Assembly (NCBI GenBank): GCA_045637825.1 | Contig: JAZUAD010000036.1 | Coordinates: 17,816-81,815 of the forward strand | Source: Candidatus Onthoplasma sp. | GTDB lineage: Bacteria > Bacillota > Clostridia > Christensenellales > UBA1242 | Direction of reading: 5' to 3' | Length of the DNA stretch: 64,000 bases | Part shown: positions 18,950-27,221 of the stretch, piece by piece | Numbering within the stretch: the stretch's first letter is position 1 | Layout of the letters: each line of letters opens with the position of its first letter | Program-made: the position numbers and the translations under genes | Notes under the pieces: model-generated | Database searches by the model: none | What the model saw: the letters and a program-made list of their open reading frames with translations, nothing else | What the model was told of the DNA's origin: nothing

Positions 18950-21900
18950 CTAAACTCTTTTCATGCGGATTGTAATGTCATCGCCGCCAACTTGTGTTGT
19001 TTCTTCAGTATCGAAATCGGTTATGGTTGTAATTTCAGTTGCAAGTAATTCTGCTTTAATTTTGTCAGCGTAAACATTTAATACTTCTAACAAATCTTCA
19101 CTAGTAGTAGCAAATTCAACTTGAATTCTATCTGCCACATCAAAGTTTGCATTTTTACGCATTACTTGACAAGTACGGATAAGTTCACGAGATAAACCTT
19201 CAAGCATCAAATTCTTATCGATTGTGATATCAAGCACAACTGTAATTCCATCAACGTTAGCAATTACATAATCTTGTTTTGCTTTAGTTTGAGGTATGAA
19301 TAAGTCGCTATTTAGGTCATAACCGCAAATACTAACTGAACCAGCGTGGAAACCATTTACATAATTTTGCATTGTTGCATCATCACAATTTGATAATTCA
19401 TTTTTAACCTTTTGAACATCGCCTTTAAGCACTGCACCTGCTTTACGTAGGTCAATCATTAAATATTCATCATTAAATCTAGTTTGGTCACGTTCAACTA
19501 CGATATTTTTGATATTTAATTCATCTTTTAGTATGGTTTCATATAAGTCAACTGCGTTTTGCAAACTAGTATCGCCACAAATAAATAATGTTTTAAGTGG
19601 TTGTTTAACCTTAATTTGCTTTTCGTTACGCAAACGTCCAGCAAGTGCAATTACATCACGCATTAAGTCAGTTTGCTCGATTAGATTGTTGTTTTCGATT
19701 TCAACAAGGTTTGCACCAAAGGTTGTTAGCATTACACTTTCTTCTACATTTTTATCTAACTCACGCACTAGGTTTTGCCACAAATATTCGCTTAGGAATG
19801 GAGTGATAGGAGCAAGCACTATTGCAGTATTTTTAATTGCATAACTTAAAACGTAGTATGCGTTTAATTTGTCTGTTCCATTTTCGCCTTTCCAGAATCT
19901 ACGGCGGTTGATACGAATATACCAGTTAGATACTTCGTCAATAAACTTTTCAAATTCCTGAGTTACACCACCAAAGTTTGTTTCATCGTATGCTTTATCA
20001 CACGCATTAACAAATTCATTAGTACGTACAACAAGCCATTTATCACTAACATTTAAGTTATTTGTATCAAGTTTATAACCAGTTAAATCAGGATTGTCGA
20101 TATTTGCATAAGTGCCAAAGAATAGATAACTATTCCATAAATTTAATATCTTACGTCTTACTTCATCAATAGTCTCATAACCAAACTTAACGTCTGCAAT
20201 AAGTGGAGTGTTAACAAAGTTATAACGAACAAGGTCTGCACCGATATCTTTATAAACTGTGTCAAGAGGAATATTGTTAGGGCTAGATTTAGATAGTTTT
20301 TTACCATCTTGTGCTAGTAACATTGGTGTTCCCATTGCTTTTTTAAATGGTGCTTTTCCAGTTAATACTACGCTCATTAGTAGCATGCTGTAGAACCATA
20401 AACGAACTTGTTCTTTACCTTCAACAACTGCATTGGCAGGGAAGTTCTTTTGCCAAAATTCTTTGTCTTCAAAATACTTTTTAGTACTAAATGGAACAAT
20501 ACCAGCATCAAGCCAGCAGTCGCCAACGTGTTTAATACGTTTAACTGCTTTGCCACAACATGGACACTTGATTTCCACTTCATCAATATAAGGACGGTGT
20601 AGGTGAGGTAGGTTGTCCACTTTTTCAGGGTTAACTGCTAATGCTTTTAATTCTTCCTTGCTTCCAACAACAGTGACTTTACCACAATCACAAGGGTAGA
20701 ATGGAAGTGGCAAGCCATAATATCTAGGACGAGAAATTGACCAGTCTCCCATATTTGTCAACCAGTCTTTCATACGCTTGCCTAGGAATTCTGGGTTCCA
20801 CTCAACAGTTTCAGCTTGTTCAATCAACTTTGGACGGATATCATCAACCTTGATTACCCATTCACTAATCAAACGGAATAGTAAAGGATTTTTACATCTC
20901 CAGCAGTGAGGATAACGGTGAGTGTAGGAGTGATGATAGTATAATTTGTTACGTTTAGTCAATTCTTCAAATATTAAGTCCCTAGTTTCATCGCAATTTG
21001 CATTTAAGCCAGTTAAGAAACCAAAACCATCATAGAATATACCCGCTTCATCAATAGGCATAACTTGTTCAAGTCCTAATTGTACGCCTAAATCATAGTC
21101 TTCAGCACCACAACCAGGGGCGATATGCACCGCACCACAACCTTCAGTTGCGTCAACTGCGTCCCAAGCCACAATTTTATGTACAAATTGTTGTTTAGGA
21201 AGTTCTTCAAAACAACCTTCGTAAGTATATCCAACTAATTCGCTACCCTTAACGGTTTTAATTACACGTACAATATCTGCTTTTAATACTTTTAATGCAC
21301 TTTCGCACAAGATAATAGGCGATTTATCACTCTTAACTTCGCAGAAAGCATAATCAAGTTCTGGATTAACTGCGATTGCTACGTTACTAGAAAGTGTCCA
21401 AGGGGTAGTAGTCCAAACTAACATCTTAGCATCAATTTCATTGATAGGTAGTTTAAAGAATACTGCTTGACAAGTGTCGTTTTTGTAGGCATCAGCATCG
21501 CTCATTTCATGTTCACTTAAACTTGTGCCACAACGTGTACACCAAGGCATAGGGCGATATTTTTGACCAATCATCTTCTTTTCATCACATTTCTTTAAAA
21601 AGTGCCAAATTGCGGTGATGTTGCTATCAGCATTAGTGTAGTAACTATCGTCCCAGTTCATCCATTGGCCAAGGCGAACAGAACCTTCTGTAATCAATTT
21701 TGAATATTTGTCAACACGATTCATACAAGCATCAACAAAGTTGCCAATACCAAACTCTTCAATTTCCTTTTTGCTATTTATATTAAGTTCTTTTTCAACA
21801 CCAACTTCAACAGGCAGACCGTGAGCATCAAAGCCATTTTGATAGTGTTGGTCATAACCCTTTAGGGCGCGATATTTAATAGTGGCGTCTTTAAAAGTTC

Positions 21901-22084
21901 GTGCAAAGGCGTGGTGAAGTCCCATATTGTAGTTTGCAGTAATAGGACCATCAAGTAGGGTGTAATACTTACCAGTTTTCTTATTTTTTTCCTTTAATTT
22001 TTCGAAGATTGAGTTTTCTTGCCAAAACTTCAAGACTTCTTCTTCATTTTTAGGGAAATTAGGTATCCCTTGTTCTTTTCTCAT
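18950..22084 (-). CDS. ileS: Isoleucine--tRNA ligase (long, type-2-like form)
   Basis: 1044 aa. PITANYNMGLHHAFARTFKD carries the HIGH-class motif, KLSKS is the KMSKS loop, and cysteine clusters CWRC and CDCG...CPCCG are present. Confidence 0.95.
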   Translation of the reverse strand: MRKEQGIPNFPKNEEEVLKFWQENSIFEKLKEKNKKTGKYYTLLDGPITANYNMGLHHAFARTFKDATIKYRALKGYDQHYQNGFDAHGLPVEVGVEKELNINSKKEIEEFGIGNFVDACMNRVDKYSKLITEGSVRLGQWMNWDDSYYTNADSNITAIWHFLKKCDEKKMIGQKYRPMPWCTRCGTSLSEHEMSDADAYKNDTCQAVFFKLPINEIDAKMLVWTTTPWTLSSNVAIAVNPELDYAFCEVKSDKSPIILCESALKVLKADIVRVIKTVKGSELVGYTYEGCFEELPKQQFVHKIVAWDAVDATEGCGAVHIAPGCGAEDYDLGVQLGLEQVMPIDEAGIFYDGFGFLTGLNANCDETRDLIFEELTKRNKLYYHHSYTHRYPHCWRCKNPLLFRLISEWVIKVDDIRPKLIEQAETVEWNPEFLGKRMKDWLTNMGDWSISRPRYYGLPLPFYPCDCGKVTVVGSKEELKALAVNPEKVDNLPHLHRPYIDEVEIKCPCCGKAVKRIKHVGDCWLDAGIVPFSTKKYFEDKEFWQKNFPANAVVEGKEQVRLWFYSMLLMSVVLTGKAPFKKAMGTPMLLAQDGKKLSKSSPNNIPLDTVYKDIGADLVRYNFVNTPLIADVKFGYETIDEVRRKILNLWNSYLFFGTYANIDNPDLTGYKLDTNNLNVSDKWLVVRTNEFVNACDKAYDETNFGGVTQEFEKFIDEVSNWYIRINRRRFWKGENGTDKLNAYYVLSYAIKNTAIVLAPITPFLSEYLWQNLVRELDKNVEESVMLTTFGANLVEIENNNLIEQTDLMRDVIALAGRLRNEKQIKVKQPLKTLFICGDTSLQNAVDLYETILKDELNIKNIVVERDQTRFNDEYLMIDLRKAGAVLKGDVQKVKNELSNCDDATMQNYVNGFHAGSVSICGYDLNSDLFIPQTKAKQDYVIANVDGITVVLDITIDKNLMLEGLSRELIRTCQVMRKNANFDVADRIQVEFATTSEDLLEVLNVYADKIKAELLATEITTITDFDTEETTQVGGDDITIRMKRV

Positions 22085-22122
22085 AATAACTCCTTTAAAT
22101 TTAAGTAAAATGATTACTTAAT

Positions 22123-22152
22123 AAAAAACTACCATATACGCTATATGGTAGT
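22123..22152 (-). terminator. Leader (attenuator) terminator upstream of ileS
   Basis: The minus strand reads ACUACCAUAUA-GCG-UAUAUGGUAGU followed by UUUUUU, ending about 38 nt before the ileS ATG. The 5' arm can alternatively pair with ACGCUAUAUG (22177-22168). Confidence 0.75.
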
Positions 22153-22186
22153 CCTTGCAAACATTAACATATAGCGTAAGAGTTGC

Positions 22187-22234
22187 CTATGCGATAATAA
22201 TGTTAATTATAATATTTGCATTGATAGTTTTCAT
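22187..22234 (-). CDS. Putative Ile-rich leader peptide MKTINANIIINIIIA
   Basis: ATG AAA ACT ATC AAT GCA AAT ATT ATA ATT AAC ATT ATT ATC GCA TAG. Seven of 15 codons are Ile. It starts 9 nt after the -10 box (near-leaderless), and its stop lies 9 nt before the antiterminator 5' strand. Confidence 0.5.
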   Translation of the reverse strand: MKTINANIIINIIIA

Positions 22235-22243
22235 AATGCTATT

Positions 22244-22272
22244 ATTTTAGCACAATCAGTTGCTAGTGTCAA
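22244..22272 (-). promoter_or_regulatory. Sigma-A type promoter of the ileS leader
   Basis: Minus strand: TTGACA (22272-22267), 17-nt spacer, TAAAAT (22249-22244). Confidence 0.65.
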
Positions 22273-22301
22273 TAAATTTTAACAACTTTATAAAATTTAG
22301 A

Positions 22302-22916
22302 TTACACAGCAAAAGTGTCTTCGTGGTCTTTATGTAAATCGTTGCTTCCTTTCAACATTTTTTGAATATAAGTTTGATGTTCTTTTGTTAATTCGTTAAC
22401 ACTTTTTCTAATTTCAATTTTAGTATCAATTAGATTTTGTGTTATAGATGTTAACATTTTTTTAGTATGAGCGTTTAGATGAGGTGTGTTTGCTTGTTGT
22501 AAATTGTAAATAGCAACCTCAAGTGCAGATATTTGATGTTCCAAATTTGTTAAAGGTGCAAGTTCATTTTTATCTATAATATTTTTTTGCTGATTTAAAC
22601 CATTTTGGGTTTTTCTTTCAAATGGTCTAATTTTTAAACCTGTTGTTGTTTCCTCAATGGTAAAGGTTATAGGTTTGTCAAGTCCCTCTTGTGCTAAAAT
22701 ATTAATTTTTCCAGTAAATTTAATATTGCGATGAATAGTAGACAATCCTTCAACGTGCTTGTTTAAAGTTTCCTCAGTTGCGTGTTCATTGTAATAATTT
22801 CGTATAACTAACTTGCCATTTTTTATTCCAATAATAATAGTATCATAACAATTAGGATTAGTAATAATTAATGTTTCAAATTGGTCAAGAACTTCTAAAT
22901 TTTGATTTGCTTTCAT
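22302..22916 (-). CDS. Hypothetical protein (beta-rich N-terminus, coiled-coil C-terminus)
   Basis: 204-aa ORF, last gene of a tightly spaced four-gene operon. GGAGAAAA SD. No recognisable motif. Confidence 0.6.
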   Translation of the reverse strand: MKANQNLEVLDQFETLIITNPNCYDTIIIGIKNGKLVIRNYYNEHATEETLNKHVEGLSTIHRNIKFTGKINILAQEGLDKPITFTIEETTTGLKIRPFERKTQNGLNQQKNIIDKNELAPLTNLEHQISALEVAIYNLQQANTPHLNAHTKKMLTSITQNLIDTKIEIRKSVNELTKEHQTYIQKMLKGSNDLHKDHEDTFAV

Positions 22917-22925
22917 AATTTTCTC

Positions 22926-23342
22926 CTATACACTAAATTCATCTTCCATTAGGAAAGGTCTGCCTTCCACAATTGCAAAGTTTTGTGCCACTTGTTTAAT
23001 ATCGCCTTGCATATCTTCAACGATGCTGTCACAATCGGTTTCAAGTAAGTCAATCACATTTAGTGTGTCGCCACATTCTTCAATACAAATAGGGGCAATT
23101 GCCTCTTTATCGCGTTTAGCACGCAAATAAATTTCATCTTCAAATTCAACAATACGTATTTTTTTAGTATTTTCAACTGAATATCCCTTATTAAAGGCAA
23201 CTCGTTCAGCAGGCATATCTTCATAAAGAACAAATTGTAATTCCTCATTATAAATTTGAGCAGATATAACATCTTTTACATTTTCGCCTTTTATAACAAC
23301 AAAGTCGTTACTGCTAACCAATATAATTTTATCTTTTTCCAT
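22926..23342 (-). CDS. Hypothetical acidic protein
   Basis: 138-aa ORF with AAGGAGAAA SD. No recognisable motif. Confidence 0.6.
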   Translation of the reverse strand: MEKDKIILVSSNDFVVIKGENVKDVISAQIYNEELQFVLYEDMPAERVAFNKGYSVENTKKIRIVEFEDEIYLRAKRDKEAIAPICIEECGDTLNVIDLLETDCDSIVEDMQGDIKQVAQNFAIVEGRPFLMEDEFSV

Positions 23343-23352
23343 AAATTTCTCC

Positions 23353-23577
23353 TTATCTATTAAAGTTTGTATTATGATTTTTGGCGTCTTCTACAATGTT
23401 TTCTAGTACTTTTTCCAAATTTCTTTTAATAGTAGTTAAATCTTGCATAGTGTCATAAATATCTCTTGCTTGATGTGAATCGATTGTTTGCATATAAATG
23501 CGGTCTAATTTTCGTATATTGCTAGTTAGTAAAGATATTTCTTTTTCAAGAGTATGTGCTATTTGTTGTTTATCCAT
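23353..23577 (-). CDS. Hypothetical small helical protein
   Basis: 74-aa ORF with AGGAGAAAA SD and predicted coiled-coil character. Confidence 0.55.
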   Translation of the reverse strand: MDKQQIAHTLEKEISLLTSNIRKLDRIYMQTIDSHQARDIYDTMQDLTTIKRNLEKVLENIVEDAKNHNTNFNR

Positions 23578-23589
23578 AAAATTTTCTCC

Positions 23590-24270
23590 TTATTTTCTTG
23601 AAGCGATATAGTCTTCGCTAGTTTTTAATATGTTTATTTCGTTTGATATTTGTTGCAAATATTCGTACCAATCTTCTGGCGTTTTAAACTTTTGACCATT
23701 TAGAGCATTGTGTGCTTGATAGCAAAGCGATACTTCAAAAGGTTTATCGTATTTCAAACTTTGTCTAATAATGTGTTCGGTAGCGTCGCAGGGCTCCATA
23801 CCAACAATTAGGTCAAAGTTGGATATGTCTGTTCCAGTACTATATTCATCACAATAAAATGGCTTTTTGATTATTTGTTGAATTTTTCTTGGTTTAAGTT
23901 CATTGTCCTTAAGTCTAATTTTAGGGTCAATAGCGGTCACCTTAAAGCCACGTTTACCGAGTTCGGTAGATAAATTACACATTCTGCCCGCACCTACATC
24001 TAACACCTTGTTTGATGAATTATATTTTGTTATTAGGTGGCGGATAAAAGTTTGTGTTCTTGGTTTGTTTGTGATTAAATTTTCACTAACCAAAAAGTCA
24101 AAAACTTCATCGGCTATTGCATTGTCTTGCTTAAAAATATATGCTCTTAAATCCATTAAGAATTTATCTTTTTCAAAAGGAGTAAATCTTTCCGGATTAA
24201 TTCTTAAATATTCTTCTGCTTTTTTAAACATTATTAAATGGATTAAAGCGGGTGATGACTGATTTTGCAT
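23590..24270 (-). CDS. Rossmann-fold protein, SAM-dependent methyltransferase-like
   Basis: VLDVGAGRMCNLSTELGKRGFKVTAIDP (motif I plus an acidic residue at the end of beta-2) and LIVGMEPC (motif IV-like). ATG at 24270 with GGAGAAG SD. The ORF-track start at 24300 lies inside the predicted -10 region. Confidence 0.55.
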   Translation of the reverse strand: MQNQSSPALIHLIMFKKAEEYLRINPERFTPFEKDKFLMDLRAYIFKQDNAIADEVFDFLVSENLITNKPRTQTFIRHLITKYNSSNKVLDVGAGRMCNLSTELGKRGFKVTAIDPKIRLKDNELKPRKIQQIIKKPFYCDEYSTGTDISNFDLIVGMEPCDATEHIIRQSLKYDKPFEVSLCYQAHNALNGQKFKTPEDWYEYLQQISNEINILKTSEDYIASRK

Positions 24271-24407
24271 AAATATCTTCTCCGAACATAAATATAACAT
24301 AGTTTTTTATTGTTGACAAGGGGTTTTAAAAAAATTGCAATAAAAAAGATATGAACAAAGTCATATCTTGATTTAGTGAATAATGAAAAATAAAGGAAGC
24401 TTTCGAG

Positions 24408-25073
24408 TTATAGTTCCCAATCAATCGGTGTTACACCATTTTCAACTAGGAATGAATTACACTTGCTAAAATGTTTGCAACCAAACCAACCTTGATAAGC
24501 ACTTAGTGGACTAGGGTGAGGTGCGGTAAGTATTAGGTGATTAGGGTTATTTAGAATTTCAGTAAAGCCCTTTGCGTGACCGCCCCAAAGCATAAATACA
24601 ATAGGTTGGTTAAGTTGATTTACAATCTTAACAATCTCCTTAGTTATGGTTTGCCAACCGCATTTTGAGTGAGAGGTTGGTTGCCCTTGCACAACGGTAA
24701 GCGATGTGTTAAGTAGCAATACGCCTTGCTTTGCCCAACTATCAAGTTGAGTTTTACCACTCATACGTATACCCAAATCGGTGCTAATTTCCTTAAAAAT
24801 ATTAGTAAGAGATGGTTGTGGTGTGCCGTTAGCACAACTAAAGGCAAGACCGTCTGCTTGACCTAGTGTGTGGTATGGGTCTTGACCAATAATAACCACT
24901 TTAACTTTATCTAATGGTACATAATTTAAACTATTAAAAATCTTTTCCTTAGGAGGAAAAACGGTTTTTGTAGCATATTCTTGGTTTATAAATGCAAACA
25001 ACTTTTTTTTAAACTCAACATCTACTACCTGACTTAACTTTTCGCTCCAATCTTTATCTAATACGTAACTCAT
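24408..25073 (-). CDS. ung: Uracil-DNA glycosylase
   Basis: VVIIGQDPYH, GVLLLN and HPSPLSA motifs. Confidence 0.95.
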   Translation of the reverse strand: MSYVLDKDWSEKLSQVVDVEFKKKLFAFINQEYATKTVFPPKEKIFNSLNYVPLDKVKVVIIGQDPYHTLGQADGLAFSCANGTPQPSLTNIFKEISTDLGIRMSGKTQLDSWAKQGVLLLNTSLTVVQGQPTSHSKCGWQTITKEIVKIVNQLNQPIVFMLWGGHAKGFTEILNNPNHLILTAPHPSPLSAYQGWFGCKHFSKCNSFLVENGVTPIDWEL

Positions 25074-25079
25074 AATTTA

Positions 25080-25108
25080 ATAATAGCATATAACAAAAAC
25101 TTTGTAAA
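25080..25108 (-). promoter_or_regulatory. Promoter producing an apparently leaderless ung mRNA
   Basis: Minus strand: TTTACA (25108-25103), 17-nt spacer, TGcTATTAT, then 6 nt (TAAATT), then the ung ATG at 25073. No SD is present. Confidence 0.5.
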
Positions 25109-25148
25109 GTGAAACAAAATACAAATATTAAAAATAAAGGTCAATCTG

Positions 25149-26684
25149 CTATGATTGACCAGAGGGTATATTCTTTTTTCTTTTTAGTATATTTTTTAAC
25201 ATAATTAGTGGTGCGGTGTAGATATTAAACATTTGAATTAATATTAGGGTTAGTAGCATACTTAATCCGCCACCGATTATTCCAGAAATAAAGGCGGGTA
25301 GGAAGTGGTAGCATATATTTGATATAAAATGACCTATTAGTGAGGTTGGTACTAGTATTATTGCGTATCTAAATAGATTAAATAGAAGTTTGTAACTTAA
25401 GGTTGGGACTTCTTTTTTTATAGTTCTAAAGTTTAATATTGCAGTTATGCCCATAGATAGGAAAAATGCGACAATTACTGAGTTTATACCCATTATTGGT
25501 GTGAATACAAACAAACTTATAAATAATACTACTGAACCTATAATGTAATTTATAAACGATTTGGTTTCCAAACTTAAAGCATTCATAACACTGCTAGTTA
25601 TATTTGATATTACAATAGGCAAAATGCTAACTGCGGATAGTTGAAGATATATGCCGGCTTTAACATTGTTAAATAATACAATTCCTATAAGGTCTCCGAC
25701 AGAAATAAATAGTGGGATTAATAACATTGATAAGAATAATGAAGTGTTAATTGAATTTTCTATATTTTTACCGATTTCATCGTACTTTTTGCTTATTTTT
25801 AAGGTAGATATTTTAGGTACTAAAACCATACCTAGTGACCCTACTACAGATAGTGGAACGTATAGTAAAGGAAAGGTCATACCCATAAGAATACCATATT
25901 CGCTAATTGCTTGGCTGGAAGTGTATCCGATATTTATTAATAATATTGGTATTAAAGTTGCGGTTAATGGCTGGATTAAACTGGAGGCAATACGAACTCC
26001 AGTAATAGGGGACGAACTTTTGATTAATGTTAGGTATTGCCCTTTTTTAAACTTCAATCTACCGCCATCAATAAAGTATATTATCGCAACAAGGGTGGCG
26101 GATATTAGACAGGTGATTGAAAAGGTCTTTGCTGTTAGTTTGGTGGCTACAAATATATCCTGGATAGAATAAAGCATTATAAAAGTAATTATCAGTCGTA
26201 TTACCTGTTCAATCAGTTCGGTAAAACCAACCCAAAAGAAAGCATTTTTGCCCCACAAAGCACCACGAAAAATAGCATAAATCGAACTAAAAATAATGGC
26301 AGGACACATTAATAGCATTAACTCTATAACCAAAGGGTCTACAAATTTTATAAAAATACCTTGAAATAAGGCAATAATTGAAGTGCTAGCAATACTAATA
26401 ATCAAGGCAATAACTGTGGCGGAAGTAACTGTAATATTTTTTTTATCTATTTGATTAGTGTGGTAATAACTAGCACACATTTTAGCGGTAACAAGGGGTA
26501 GTCCACTGGCGACTAATGTCATAAATATTCCCATAATAGAGGCGGAAATTTGATAAATTCCTATGCCTTCCGCACCAAGTTTTCGGGATAAAAATATACG
26601 AAAAATAAAACCAAATAAACGTGTAATAACGGAAAATATGGTTATCATTGAAACTGTTTTAAAAATTGATTTAACTTCACTCAT
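25149..26684 (-). CDS. MOP-superfamily flippase (SpoVB / MurJ-like polysaccharide or lipid II flippase)
   Basis: About 14 TM helices; N-terminus SIFKTVSMITIFSVITRLFGFIFRIFLSRKLGAEGIGIYQ is typical of SpoVB/MurJ-like proteins. The start is uncertain (ATG 26684 or TTG 26705). Confidence 0.75.
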   Translation of the reverse strand: MSEVKSIFKTVSMITIFSVITRLFGFIFRIFLSRKLGAEGIGIYQISASIMGIFMTLVASGLPLVTAKMCASYYHTNQIDKKNITVTSATVIALIISIASTSIIALFQGIFIKFVDPLVIELMLLMCPAIIFSSIYAIFRGALWGKNAFFWVGFTELIEQVIRLIITFIMLYSIQDIFVATKLTAKTFSITCLISATLVAIIYFIDGGRLKFKKGQYLTLIKSSSPITGVRIASSLIQPLTATLIPILLINIGYTSSQAISEYGILMGMTFPLLYVPLSVVGSLGMVLVPKISTLKISKKYDEIGKNIENSINTSLFLSMLLIPLFISVGDLIGIVLFNNVKAGIYLQLSAVSILPIVISNITSSVMNALSLETKSFINYIIGSVVLFISLFVFTPIMGINSVIVAFFLSMGITAILNFRTIKKEVPTLSYKLLFNLFRYAIILVPTSLIGHFISNICYHFLPAFISGIIGGGLSMLLTLILIQMFNIYTAPLIMLKNILKRKKNIPSGQS

Positions 26685-26756
26685 AAATTTGCTACACTCT
26701 TTCAATTATGTATATAAGCAAGTGCTCAAATTTATACAATTTTCATATAAATTATT

Positions 26757-27068
26757 ATGAAAATATTGGAAAGTGATGATAAGAATTTTATATTGCAACG
26801 TTTAACTAAAGACGATAATTTAATTAACTTAGCACAAAAATTTAACGTTGATATCTGCAACATAATTAGAAACAATCCAAACATTGATTGTTATGAGGGT
26901 GAAGTGGTTAAAATTGTTTTAAGCAAAGTAAAATATCACATTGTTAAACCTATGCAAACACTAGAGGATATTGCGCAAATTTATAATACAACAGCGCAAA
27001 ACTTGATGTTATGTAATAAATTAATATCTAAAAGGATTTTTATAGGTCAAACATTAAAAATTTTATAG
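26757..27068 (+). CDS. Small protein with two LysM-like repeats
   Basis: YHIVKPMQTLEDIAQIYNTTAQNLMLCNKL...GQTLKI is LysM-like, and the N-terminal half has a weaker similar repeat. Confidence 0.6.
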   Translation: MKILESDDKNFILQRLTKDDNLINLAQKFNVDICNIIRNNPNIDCYEGEVVKIVLSKVKYHIVKPMQTLEDIAQIYNTTAQNLMLCNKLISKRIFIGQTLKIL

Positions 27069-27221
27069 TTAAATAACGCAAGAAAACGTAATACTCTTAA
27101 ATTGGAAAATTATTAAATAAGATGTGTTTATTTTATACTTAAAATTAGGGGTTAAAAATGTTTGCTCTTAATAAAAATTTATGCTATAATTAATTATAAT
27201 TTAAAAATTGGGGAGATAATA

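Noticed and set aside
22085-22240. Canonical T-box riboswitch upstream of ileS
   Set aside because: This is the expected regulator for a Firmicute ileS. However, I could not find the conserved T-box sequence (AAnnnGGGTGGTACCGCG-like), an AGAGA/GNUGGA-type Stem I, or enough length, since the leader is only ~150 nt. The closest string, GGACTACCATATAGCG, is a poor match. This needs cmsearch to be definitive.
25651-26172. 173-aa ORF antisense to the flippase gene; similar antisense or overlapping ORFs elsewhere
   Set aside because: The other ORFs are at 793-1086, 2333-2539, 4455-4643, 7243-7785, 8114-8332, 10836-11317, 14201-14698, 16123-16449, 19509-19844, 20377-20602, 23060-23272, 23903-24262, 28457-28877, 29680-29874, 30511-30726, 31523-32308, 33723-33947, 34340-34555, 35791-36006, 38816-39497, 40321-40515, 40969-41184, 42468-42974, 43382-43573, 44086-44364, 45539-45724, 46510-46806, 47813-48025, 49747-49938, 50654-50872, 52547-52753, 55170-55355, 55803-56006, 61053-61283 and 61702-61890. 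All lie inside or overlap better-supported genes in another frame or strand, and they lack SDs and recognisable motifs. They are treated as spurious.
27162-27221. Longer N-terminal extensions offered by the ORF track (27162, 35332, 43296, 55641, 24300, 8417, 18332, 52879, 61763)
   Set aside because: The extensions begin at TTG or GTG codons that coincide with predicted -35/-10 boxes or overlap the upstream gene. An internal ATG preceded by a GGAG-type SD is available in each case.
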